Source: Parcubacteria group bacterium (GTDB lineage Bacteria > Patescibacteriota > Minisyncoccia > Phycocordibacterales > Phycocordibacteraceae). Taken from it: a DNA stretch of 64,000 bases. Position numbers and translations under genes: made by a program. Below the pieces are notes generated by a model. The model saw only the letters and a program-made list of their open reading frames with translations. It was not told the origin of the DNA and did no database searches. This document shows positions 49,041 to 57,968 of the stretch, in pieces. The stretch covers positions 44,537-108,536 of the forward strand of contig JAQBRE010000007.1 in assembly GCA_028286605.1 (NCBI GenBank), written 5' to 3'. Each line of letters begins with the position of its first letter. The first letter of the stretch is position 1.

Positions 49041-49080
49041 CGGAGCTACGCTACGAGCTTGTTCATTGGGAGAGAAAATC

Positions 49081-49344
49081 GTGGGTATGCTCGTAGAAGC
49101 AAAAGCAAAATCAGAGCAAGTCGCAGTCCTTCATTGCGGCAAGTGCAAGAGCGGTAATGGAGGTAGTTGCAGGAATGGAAGCAGTATCGAGGTTTTCTGT
49201 ACTGTTTCTCAGGAAGTGCTTGGTTTCTTATGGCTGCCGATAGTCTACGCTCGGGACTGCAGCGGTCCCACGTTCATGCGTGAACGTTTAATGCGCATCG
49301 TCCTTCAGGATGGTCGTACCGAAACGACACCGCCCGACTCTTAG
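49081..49344 (+). CDS. Possible small Cys-containing protein (HCGKC...C...C)
   Basis: GGGAGAG upstream of GTG/ATG, followed by a strong hairpin; no homology recognised. Confidence 0.4.
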   Translation: MGMLVEAKAKSEQVAVLHCGKCKSGNGGSCRNGSSIEVFCTVSQEVLGFLWLPIVYARDCSGPTFMRERLMRIVLQDGRTETTPPDS

Positions 49345-49374
49345 TCGCGGCGGTGTTTCTACATATACAAACTG

Positions 49375-49410
49375 GAAAGGCCGCCACGCTAGCGCGCGTG
49401 GCGGCCTTTC
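49375..49410. terminator. 15-bp stem hairpin, probable terminator
   Basis: GAAAGGCCGCCACGC/GCGTGGCGGCCTTTC. Confidence 0.7.
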
Positions 49411-49842
49411 GTGTGCCGTAAGAACGACACACGGGGAGGAACCTACAAGGACAGGGGATGTCCGAGGTTCGGGGAACATGTTCCCGGAATGCGACACCTA
49501 TACGGGAATGCCCACGCAGGGTGTCGCATCAAGCGAAACTAGCCAGGGTCGTAGTGCGGGTCGTGATAGTCATCGTTGTTCCGTTTGGATCGATTCGTCT
49601 CCTTCAGGCAGGAGTTTGACGCAGCACGGCAGTTGTACTTCTTCATAGGACACATCCTATTAAAGACCCCAATGTATTAAAGTGCTCTCCAGAATGAGGC
49701 GCTAGCGCCACCCCAGCCAGGTACCGAGTCATCGAGAAACTCTCGTCGGTAATTCCTTTCTACCACCTATATATGGCCTAGGGAAGAGGCGCCTCAGGGA
49801 CAGTACTTCCTCTTTTTAAGGCCCTGTGGTACGGTATCTTCT

Positions 49843-50193
49843 ATGTCAGTACGAATGCGCCACACCAGTTCCCACACCAAGAATCGCCGCAGCCACCACG
49901 CGCTTGCAGCGACGAACCTCGTTACCGATAAGGAGTCCGGCGCGTTGCGCCTTCCTCATCGCCTCGACGAGTCCACCGGCATGTACCGTGGCAAGCAGAT
50001 CGTCTCTCCTAAGGTAATGAAGCAGGAAGCGAAGCACGAGAAGAAAGTAGAGAAGCACAACAAGGAGCACATTCATGCAGAAGGCGCGAAGGAGCCGATT
50101 CACTCAGACAAGGAAGACAAGAAGACGGGTCTCATGGGTCGCATGACTCTCGGAAAAGCGAAGAGCCGTTCTGGTTTCGGAGGCGGGGTTTAG
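49843..50193 (+). CDS. rpmF: 50S ribosomal protein L32, Cys-free, with C-terminal extension
   Basis: [21 protein letters not shown]...LPHRL....GMYRGKQI; rpmF-rnc-smc neighbourhood. Confidence 0.85.
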   Translation: MSVRMRHTSSHTKNRRSHHALAATNLVTDKESGALRLPHRLDESTGMYRGKQIVSPKVMKQEAKHEKKVEKHNKEHIHAEGAKEPIHSDKEDKKTGLMGRMTLGKAKSRSGFGGGV

Positions 50194-50352
50194 TTAGAGA
50201 AGAGCACAGCAAAAAAATAAAAGAGGGTAAGACTTGGCCGAGCGGCCCGGAGCGCCCTCTTTTATTTTTGTTGCAAGCGAAAGTTATGCACAACGCCGCG
50301 CCATTGCGCGGCGTTGTTGTTTGCCGTAGTCTACATACATAGCTCTTTCCAT

Positions 50353-51285
50353 ATGGCCAACCGCCACTTAGCCCGTTCCGTCGTACTGCAGTCACTCTTC
50401 GAGTGGGATACTTCTCATGCGGAAGAATCAGCAGTGCCGGAGATGCTCGCACGTAACGTCGAAGAATTCGGCGGCGAGGATACGGATAAGGTTTTTATGG
50501 AAAGCCTCCTCACCGGCGTACTCGCGAAACGCGCAGACCTAGATCTCGTTATAGGGAAAGCCGCGCCTGATTGGCCCATCGACAAGATTGCACCCGTAGA
50601 CCGAAACATCCTTCGCATAGGGCTTTTCGAGCTTCTGTTCGCAGACCGTACGCAGGTTCCGGCAAAAGTGGCTATCAACGAAGCGATTGAGCTCGCAAAG
50701 GTATTCGGCGGTGAATCATCGGGCCGTTTCGTGAACGGCGTGCTCGGTGCCGTGTACAAGGAAATGGGCGAGCCAGGCAAAGACGAAGTGGGGAAGAAGG
50801 AAAAGGTGCGTCGCGAAGATCTGCCGCTTCAGCGCCTCGGTGGCGCCATCGTATATGCGAAGCACGAAGGACAATATTTCCTTGCGCTCGTGCATGACGT
50901 CTTCGGACACTGGACTCTTTCCAAAGGAAAGATTGGTGATGCGCCTGAGATCGCAGAAGAGACGGCAGAGGAAGGGACTATTCGCGAGATCAAAGAAGAG
51001 CTCGGTCTCGACATTGTCATAAAGGCGAAGATCGGCGAGAACGAATATATCGCTTCGCATCCTGAAAAAGGAAAGATGCGTAAGCGCGTCACGTATTTCC
51101 TTGCAGAATCTCCATATGAAGAGCTGTTGCTTGAAAAGAAGGGAGGCCTCGATGATGCGCGCTGGTTCCGCCTGCAGGATATCCTCGATCTTAATTTTTA
51201 TGACGACATGCTGCCGATAGTAACGGCTGCCGTGCAGCAACTCCTTGATCGCTCGGCTACGGAGAAAGAAAAGATTCACGCATAG
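50353..51285 (+). CDS. nusB: NusB fused to a C-terminal NUDIX domain
   Basis: RHLARSVVLQSLF...VAINEAIELAK.FG...FVNGVLG (NusB), then WTLSKG...EGTIREIKEELG (Nudix box) in one frame. Confidence 0.92.
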   Translation: MANRHLARSVVLQSLFEWDTSHAEESAVPEMLARNVEEFGGEDTDKVFMESLLTGVLAKRADLDLVIGKAAPDWPIDKIAPVDRNILRIGLFELLFADRTQVPAKVAINEAIELAKVFGGESSGRFVNGVLGAVYKEMGEPGKDEVGKKEKVRREDLPLQRLGGAIVYAKHEGQYFLALVHDVFGHWTLSKGKIGDAPEIAEETAEEGTIREIKEELGLDIVIKAKIGENEYIASHPEKGKMRKRVTYFLAESPYEELLLEKKGGLDDARWFRLQDILDLNFYDDMLPIVTAAVQQLLDRSATEKEKIHA

Positions 51286-51406
51286 ATAAAAGAAAAACGA
51301 CCTTTCGGCCGTTTTTCTCGATCCCTCCGCTCTATAGAGCGAGTGCATCCCTCATCGCTTACGATTATATTCCCCTCACCTTATCGCGTCAACACACCAT
51401 AGGTTG

Positions 51407-51474
51407 TGCCGGTGGAGGGACTTGAACCCTCAGAGGGATCTTGATGAGGGACGCCTCCGCAACCTGCCACCGAC
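51407..51474 (-). ncRNA. tRNA-like element lacking canonical D and anticodon arms
   Basis: GTCGGTG/CACCGGC-A acceptor stem and GAGGG-TTCAAGT-CCCTC T arm with a non-canonical 36-nt middle. Confidence 0.55.
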
Positions 51475-51574
51475 TGGGGAAGGTTAGCAAAAAGGTGTTC
51501 AAGGAGTCTTAAACAAAAGATACAGAAATCCTGAACTCTGGTAATTATTCGATTTTTATATAGGCTACAGGTAT

Positions 51575-52264
51575 ATGGCTGACTTCGTCACCGCGCAGGC
51601 CCATCTGGGGCTTACCTTCAAGAACCTCGATCTCCTCGAGGAGGCTTTGACGCACCGTTCGTACCTGAACGAACACAAGACCTCCAAGGCGCACAACGAG
51701 CGCCTTGAGTTCCTTGGTGATGCGGTTCTTGAGCTCGCCACCACGCACTTCCTTTTCACTCGATTCCCCGGCAAGCCGGAAGGAGACCTCACTGCATATC
51801 GCGCGGCGCTCGTGAACACGTTCTCGCTGGCGGACACTGCCGAACTCATCGGCCTGAACGACCTCCTCCTTCTTTCGAAAGGCGAGAGCAAAGATACCGG
51901 CCGTGCGCGTCAGATAATCCTTGCGAATGCATTCGAAGCCGTGCTCGGCGCAATCTATATGGATCAGGGATACGAAGCCGCAGAAGCATTCGTCGCGAAG
52001 CATCTGTACGGAAAGATCGATGATGTGCTTGCGAACCGCACGTGGCAGGACGCGAAGAGTCGCTTCCAGGAAGCTGCTCAGGAAAAGAAAAGCGTGACAC
52101 CTCTGTATAAGACGCTCAATGAGACCGGTCCGGATCACGATAAGAAGTTCACGGTCGGCGTGTTTCTTGGAACGAAGGATGAAGTCGCGCAGGGCGAAGG
52201 GAAGAGCAAGCAGGAAGCAGAACAGGACGCAGCGCAGAACGCGCTCGCGAAAACCGGTTGGTAG
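51575..52264 (+). CDS. rnc: Ribonuclease III
   Basis: ALTHRS, NERLEFLGDAVL, dsRBD (GPDH..F...GKSKQEAEQ). Confidence 0.97.
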   Translation: MADFVTAQAHLGLTFKNLDLLEEALTHRSYLNEHKTSKAHNERLEFLGDAVLELATTHFLFTRFPGKPEGDLTAYRAALVNTFSLADTAELIGLNDLLLLSKGESKDTGRARQIILANAFEAVLGAIYMDQGYEAAEAFVAKHLYGKIDDVLANRTWQDAKSRFQEAAQEKKSVTPLYKTLNETGPDHDKKFTVGVFLGTKDEVAQGEGKSKQEAEQDAAQNALAKTGW

Positions 52265-52336
52265 ACAATTTCTATTTTTCGGGCATAGTGTTTCAGGACT
52301 GACACCAACCGCTCGCACGCGAGCAGGAGGATTTCA

Positions 52337-52642
52337 ATGGAACACCTTACGCCGCTGCTTGAGTTCGTAAAGAAGCAATGGTTCCTGCGTCTCACCATAA
52401 TTTTCCTGATCGCGCTTACCGCAGGGCTCATTTACGAGCTTGCCCTGCAGGCACTGTTTGCTCTTGGATGGGTCACGCAGATCGGCAGTATCCTGCTGGT
52501 CATCAAGATTCTCCAGATTCTCATGGCAACGATGCTGGGCGTGATCGCTGCAATCGCGATGCTGCGCCGTAACGAGTACTTGTGCGCGATGGTGCCGCTT
52601 GTGATTGCGTTTCCTGTGATCACGCTTGCATGGATCGTCTGA
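52337..52642 (+). CDS. Small multi-pass membrane protein (orphan)
   Basis: AGGAGG SD, three hydrophobic segments, downstream hairpin. Confidence 0.7.
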   Translation: MEHLTPLLEFVKKQWFLRLTIIFLIALTAGLIYELALQALFALGWVTQIGSILLVIKILQILMATMLGVIAAIAMLRRNEYLCAMVPLVIAFPVITLAWIV

Positions 52643-52711
52643 ACAAACGGAATAGCCCCTCCCTTAAGAAAGGAGGGGCATCGTTTTATCCGTACGGTAT
52701 ACTAGGTACAA

Positions 52712-54928
52712 ATGTTGAAGCGGCTTGAAATCGCGGGTTTTAAATCCTTTGCGCGGAAGACCGTGCTCGATTTCTCGAACCAGACCACGGCTATCGTCGG
52801 TCCGAACGGTTCGGGAAAATCGAACGTTGCAGAAGCCTTCCGCTTCGCGCTGGGCGAGCAGTCCATGAAGAGCATGCGTGGCAAGCGCAGCGAGGATCTG
52901 ATATTCAGCGGTACGCACATGAGCGCGCGTGCGAATCGTGCCGCCGTTGCGATTGTCTTTGATAACACGAAGCGCATCTTCCCGAAGATCGATTTCGATG
53001 AGGTGACGATAGAGCGGGCCGTCTTCCGTGATGGCTCGAGCGAGTATTCGCTGAATGGTTCGAAAGTTCGTTTGCGCGATATTCAGGAACTGCTCGCAAG
53101 CGCGAACATCGGCGAGACTGGTCATCATATTATTTCGCAGGGAGAGGCGGACAGAATCCTTTTGGCAAATCCGCGTGAACGTCGCGCGATGCTTGAGGAT
53201 GCGCTCGGATTGAAAGCATTCGAATTCCGAAAGCAGGAAGCAGAGCGAAAGCTGGAGAAGACAGATGCGAACGTAAAAGAGGTCGAGGCATTGCGTCGTG
53301 AGATCGCGCCGCACATTCGTTTCCTTAAGAAGCAGGTTGAACGGCTAGAGCGCGCAGAGGAACTTGCTCGCGAACTCGCGACCGCGTGCCAGCAGTATTT
53401 TGCTATCGAGGAATTATATTTGGATACGGAGAAGACGCGCGTGATACGCGAGCGTGCGGTGGCGGGTGAGAAACTGGCGGTTGCCGAAGCAGAATTGAAA
53501 GCATTCGAAGACCGCACGACACATGATTCCGAAGGAATGAAGCACGTAGAGAAAGTGCGTGTGGCGGAGCGTGCTCTTGATGCCGTAACGCAGGAACGCG
53601 CGCAGCTGGCGCGAGAGATGGGTCGCGTGGAGGGTGCTCTGGATTCGGCGAAGCGCCGCAGCCACGCGGTGGCAGAAGAACCGTACGTGAAAGTGCCGCG
53701 TCACGACTTGGCGCAGCTGCAGAGCTCTATCGAGCGTGCAGGTGATTTGGCACACGATAGCGATCAGGCGGCGCTTCGCGCCGCCCTGGATGCGATACGC
53801 GGCGCCATAGGCGCCTTCCTCCTTCGCTTCACCGCGCCCAAAGACGAATACCTCGCCGACGAAGAGAACCAGGTCTATACGCTCGAGAATGAGCGCCAGC
53901 AGCTCGCGATGAAAGACGAAGATCTCGCTAACCGCATCGCGGATGCTCGCGCCGCGCTTGAACGCGCACGCCAAGATCGCACCGCATACGACGAGACCGG
54001 TCGCGAGCAGCAGCATCGGCTCCTTTCAGTCGCCGACTCGCGTGCAACCGAAGAAGCGAATGTGGCACGTCTTGAAGCACGACTCAATGAGCTTTCATAC
54101 CTTGCTGAAGAGTTCGAACGCGAACGCCATGAGGTGCTTGCACTCGCAGGCAGCTCGGCGCTTTCATACGAAAAACTAACCGAGCTTCCGCACGAAGATC
54201 GTCGTACGCAGGAAGAACGCAAGCGCGGCGTCGAGCGTCTTAAGATCCGCGTCGAAGAGGCAGGTGGCGGTACTGAAGAAGTGAAGAAGGAATACGAAGA
54301 TGCCGTTACGCGCGAGGAATTCCTCACACGCGAGCTTACTGATCTCGCAAAATCCGCCGAAGGTTTACGCGCACTCATTACGGACCTTGATACCGAACTG
54401 CATAAGACCTTCAGCGAAGGCCTTGTGAAGGTGAACGCATCATTCGGCGAATTCTTCAGCCTCATGTTCAACGGCGGCGGCGCGAAGCTCGTGCTTGAAG
54501 AATTCGCAACGATAGAGGAGGAAGATGACGAAGAGGAGACGAATGATGAGGAAGTCACCAACAAAGTCCGTAAGCAGGGAATCGAGATCTCCGTAAACCT
54601 TCCGAAGAAGCGCGTACAGTCCCTCATGCAGCTTTCCGGCGGTGAGCGTGCGCTCACGTCTATCGCGCTCATCTTTGCCATGAGTCAGGTGAATCCGCCA
54701 CCGTTCCTCATTCTTGATGAAACGGATGCCGCCCTCGACGAAGCGAACAGCCGTCGCTATGGCGACATGATCGACAATCTCGCAAAGAAGTCTCAGCTTA
54801 TCGTCATCTCCCACAATCGCGAGACTATGAGCCGCGCCGGCATTTTGTACGGCGTTACGATGGGCGCTGATGGCATCTCAAAACTTCTTTCCGTACGATT
54901 CGAAGACGCGGTCACGGTCGCGAAATAA
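52712..54928 (+). CDS. smc: SMC-family ATPase, short (738 aa), no recognisable hinge
   Basis: GFKSF, GPNGSGKSN, ISQG, LSGGE, LDETDAALD; located after rnc. Confidence 0.9.
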   Translation: MLKRLEIAGFKSFARKTVLDFSNQTTAIVGPNGSGKSNVAEAFRFALGEQSMKSMRGKRSEDLIFSGTHMSARANRAAVAIVFDNTKRIFPKIDFDEVTIERAVFRDGSSEYSLNGSKVRLRDIQELLASANIGETGHHIISQGEADRILLANPRERRAMLEDALGLKAFEFRKQEAERKLEKTDANVKEVEALRREIAPHIRFLKKQVERLERAEELARELATACQQYFAIEELYLDTEKTRVIRERAVAGEKLAVAEAELKAFEDRTTHDSEGMKHVEKVRVAERALDAVTQERAQLAREMGRVEGALDSAKRRSHAVAEEPYVKVPRHDLAQLQSSIERAGDLAHDSDQAALRAALDAIRGAIGAFLLRFTAPKDEYLADEENQVYTLENERQQLAMKDEDLANRIADARAALERARQDRTAYDETGREQQHRLLSVADSRATEEANVARLEARLNELSYLAEEFERERHEVLALAGSSALSYEKLTELPHEDRRTQEERKRGVERLKIRVEEAGGGTEEVKKEYEDAVTREEFLTRELTDLAKSAEGLRALITDLDTELHKTFSEGLVKVNASFGEFFSLMFNGGGAKLVLEEFATIEEEDDEEETNDEEVTNKVRKQGIEISVNLPKKRVQSLMQLSGGERALTSIALIFAMSQVNPPPFLILDETDAALDEANSRRYGDMIDNLAKKSQLIVISHNRETMSRAGILYGVTMGADGISKLLSVRFEDAVTVAK

Positions 54929-54955
54929 GTAACTTCAATCATATATACTTATTTT

Positions 54956-55684
54956 ATGAATAAAAAACGAGTCCTTGTTTCAGGACTAATCGTACTAATC
55001 ATAATTTTACTGGTAACGCTTTATTACAATATGGGATTCTTCTCAAAACTTAACTTCGTTTCAAAGACTCCAGATGTTAAAACGCAGATTGCTGACCTGA
55101 CTAATCTTGGCTGGTTTGATCTCACTCCTTCCACGTATAAAGAAGACGCAGAAAAGAATTTGCAAGGAACTCTAGAATCAAAATTCGTCGGCTCTGGGAT
55201 GGAAGAGAATGATCCTCATGAAAAAGAATTGATATCAAAGGGCTTTGACGGCTTGATGCCAAGCCCAGATCTTAAGATATTCAGTGATGATCCAGAAAAT
55301 TTGAGTGAGGGAAGCATCTGCAAACTTCTCAATAATATACAGGTCACCTTTGCTCTAAGAGGAGAATCTCTCGTCACGAGCTGTACTGACCATATAACTG
55401 TTTCTGAAAAGCCATCGTATTCCGTAACAGTGAATGGAAAAGACTACGAAGTGTATGATAATCCGCAACCATATAACTGGTTTTATGCTGTTGATGCCGT
55501 AGTGAAAATTACTGACGCACTACTTGAAAAGCAGGGAAATAAGAATCGCATGTATTTTTCAGCCAGTGGAGACAATAGCATTGATTTCTTATTGCTTACG
55601 CCGGAGCAATATAATTATTTGCACGAACATAGGATTGGCGGAGGATTTGGTCCCATAGTGAAAACATCAGCAGAGATGAAATAA
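54956..55684 (+). CDS. Membrane-anchored hypothetical protein, AT-rich
   Basis: N-terminal TM; visibly lower GC than neighbours. Confidence 0.75.
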   Translation: MNKKRVLVSGLIVLIIILLVTLYYNMGFFSKLNFVSKTPDVKTQIADLTNLGWFDLTPSTYKEDAEKNLQGTLESKFVGSGMEENDPHEKELISKGFDGLMPSPDLKIFSDDPENLSEGSICKLLNNIQVTFALRGESLVTSCTDHITVSEKPSYSVTVNGKDYEVYDNPQPYNWFYAVDAVVKITDALLEKQGNKNRMYFSASGDNSIDFLLLTPEQYNYLHEHRIGGGFGPIVKTSAEMK

Positions 55685-55718
55685 GAAAAGGCCCGCTACG
55701 CGGGCCTTTTCTTATTTC
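55678..55718. terminator. Bidirectional terminator whose stem includes both stop codons
   Basis: GAAATAAGAAAAGGCCCGC-TAC-GCGGGCCTTTTCTTATTTC. Confidence 0.85.
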
Positions 55719-57703
55719 GCGTCAGCGAGCGCGAAGTCGAGCTCCTTGTCCTGGATGCGTGCCGCGACGAGCTTCACTTTGATGGGATCTCCGAGCGCGT
55801 ATTCCTTTTTCGTGCGGCGGCCGACGAGGCGGTAGCGCTTCTCGTCATGATCGAAGTAATCATCCCCGAGGTTGCGGACGCTGATGAGTCCTTCAGCTCG
55901 CGTCTCTTTTATTTCAACGTAGAGGCCGCGATCGGAAACGCCGGAGATAACTGCATCGAATTCCTGTCCGACTTTGTCGCTCATGAATTCAACGAGCTTC
56001 ATCTTCACCGAGTCGCGCTCGGCTTCTGAGGCAGAAACCTCGCGCTCGCTGGAATGGCGGGCGAGCTCCTCGAGCTCTGCTATTTCCGCCTTGGTGATCT
56101 TCTCGCGTTCTGCATAGTGCTTCACCATGCGATGCGTAAGGAGGTCCGGATAGCGGCGGATAGGGGAGGTGAAGTGCGAATAGAACTCGAAGCCGAGGCC
56201 GAAGTGGCCGATGTTCTTCGTGGTGTAGACCGCTTTCGCCATAGAGCGAAGCGCTGCGACCTTAATCAGATACTCTTCCGGCTTTCCTTCGACCTGCGCG
56301 AGCAGGGCATTGATAGCCGCTCCCTTCACATGGCCGTTCTGCGAATCGAGATGATAGCCGAGGACTTTCAGGAACTGCGTAAGGTTCTCGATACGGTCTG
56401 CATCCGGTACATCATGAACGCGGTATACGACGCTGCCCTCGAGGCCTGCGGCCTCGCCTTTCTTCGAAAGGTATTCAGAAACATGCTCATTCGCGAGAAG
56501 CATGAAGTCCTCGATAAGGAGGTTCGTTGCCTTGCGTTCCTTAAGCACGACTTGCGTCGGCTTTCCGGTTTCGTCGAGCAAGACTTTGATTTCAGGGGTA
56601 TCGAATGCAATAGCACCGTTCGCAACACGGCGCGCACGGATCTTATCTGCGAGCGTACGGAGCGAAACGAGTTCTTCAAGAAATTCACCTGAGTTATTGT
56701 CTAAAATCTCCTGCGCATTCTCGTACGTGAAGCGCTTATCAGAGTGGATGACGGTTTCGCCGAACCACTGGTCTACGATCTCTGCATTCTTATTGAGGGT
56801 GAATACCGCAGAAACAGCGAGACGATCCTCATTCGGATTGAGCGAACAGAGTCCGTTGGAAAGAATCTCCGGAAGCATCGGGATGGTGCGGTCCACGAGA
56901 TATACGGATGTCGCACGTTCGCGCGCTTCGGCATCGATAGCGGTGCCGGGGCGAACATAGAAGGAAACGTCAGCGATGTGTACGCCCACTTCCGTGTTTC
57001 CATCAGGAAGCTGCTTTACGGAAAGCGCATCATCGAAGTCCTTCGCATCGAACGGGTCGATGGTGAAGGTCGTGGTGGTACGGAAATCCTTGCGAGCGCC
57101 GGAAGCGATCGCTTCAATGACTTCTTTCGTGAGCGCCTCTTTACCGGTCTCTTCGAGACCGGCCGCTTCTTTCTCTACGCCAGGAGGGAAGTTGGAATGG
57201 AAGCCTTGTGAAAGCGCGAGTGCGCGCATTTCTGTTTCGTGTACGCCGGCAGGGCCGATTATTTCCTCGAGCGTCGCGAGCGGGCGAAGCTGTCCTTTCT
57301 CCCATCCCTGGAAACGTGCGACCACCTTCATGCCAAGTGGCAGGGAATCGCCATGCATCAAAAACGGCGTGTACATCTTCTTCAGATCCGGAATGAGGAA
57401 GAACTGGCCCGGAAGCCCGAACTCAGTCGCAGGATCCGAAGGGACGATCTTTCCCACGAATGATTCACGAGCACGCTTCACGATACCTATAACGTTGCCG
57501 GTCGAGCGCGTCTGGCCGCTCTTCGGGTCCGTGTTCGTTCCGGAAACCTGGATCTTCACGATGTCATTCGGGAATGCGGTGCCAAGATTCTCGCCGGGCA
57601 CGAATAGTTCCTCGTCTTCTGAATCAGGAATCTTGAAAAATCCTTTGCCGGACTTGATAACGCTGATCGGTCCTTCGTAAATCGCTCCTTGTGGAATTGC
57701 CAT
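55712..57703 (-). CDS. rnr: Ribonuclease R (RNB family)
   Basis: TIDPFDAKDFDDA, HIADVS, HFTSPIRRYPDL, C-terminal S1 domain. Confidence 0.95.
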   Translation of the reverse strand: MAIPQGAIYEGPISVIKSGKGFFKIPDSEDEELFVPGENLGTAFPNDIVKIQVSGTNTDPKSGQTRSTGNVIGIVKRARESFVGKIVPSDPATEFGLPGQFFLIPDLKKMYTPFLMHGDSLPLGMKVVARFQGWEKGQLRPLATLEEIIGPAGVHETEMRALALSQGFHSNFPPGVEKEAAGLEETGKEALTKEVIEAIASGARKDFRTTTTFTIDPFDAKDFDDALSVKQLPDGNTEVGVHIADVSFYVRPGTAIDAEARERATSVYLVDRTIPMLPEILSNGLCSLNPNEDRLAVSAVFTLNKNAEIVDQWFGETVIHSDKRFTYENAQEILDNNSGEFLEELVSLRTLADKIRARRVANGAIAFDTPEIKVLLDETGKPTQVVLKERKATNLLIEDFMLLANEHVSEYLSKKGEAAGLEGSVVYRVHDVPDADRIENLTQFLKVLGYHLDSQNGHVKGAAINALLAQVEGKPEEYLIKVAALRSMAKAVYTTKNIGHFGLGFEFYSHFTSPIRRYPDLLTHRMVKHYAEREKITKAEIAELEELARHSSEREVSASEAERDSVKMKLVEFMSDKVGQEFDAVISGVSDRGLYVEIKETRAEGLISVRNLGDDYFDHDEKRYRLVGRRTKKEYALGDPIKVKLVAARIQDKELDFALADAK

Positions 57704-57767
57704 ATATGAATGCACTCTACCAGATTGTTCTTCATTTTACATTTCGATTCGTTTGCTACTCTATACG

Positions 57768-57882
57768 TGCAGTCCTGTGAACTTGGCTCTCGAAGCTCCC
57801 CCGCTGATGAAGCCAAGCCCCACCACAGCTCTGTGCAACTTTAAGGGGCGGCCTAAGACGCACAGGCCGCCCCTCTTTTTAT
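57768..57882 (+). ncRNA. Candidate small RNA
   Basis: TGC-TACTCT -10 box, nested long hairpin, then an 11-bp terminator with T tract; no convincing ORF. Confidence 0.4.
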
Positions 57883-57968
57883 TTGTTGAACGCTTCAGCA
57901 AAGTAGCTTTTTATAAAATTCGTGGTATATTAAAAACGGATCAACAATCAACTAGGGAAGGATTCGCC

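Noticed and set aside
49530-49575. Thr-rich leader peptide (MTITTRTTTLASFA) as an attenuator or tmRNA tag
   Set aside because: No amino-acid gene directly downstream on that strand and no tmRNA tRNA-like ends; kept only within the structured-region finding.
57753-57968. N-terminal extension of the 57753 ORF (and similar extensions at 22659, 31255, 38458, 44921, 50314)
   Set aside because: These extensions run through promoters, terminators or neighbouring genes; downstream ATGs fit family starts and -10 spacing better.
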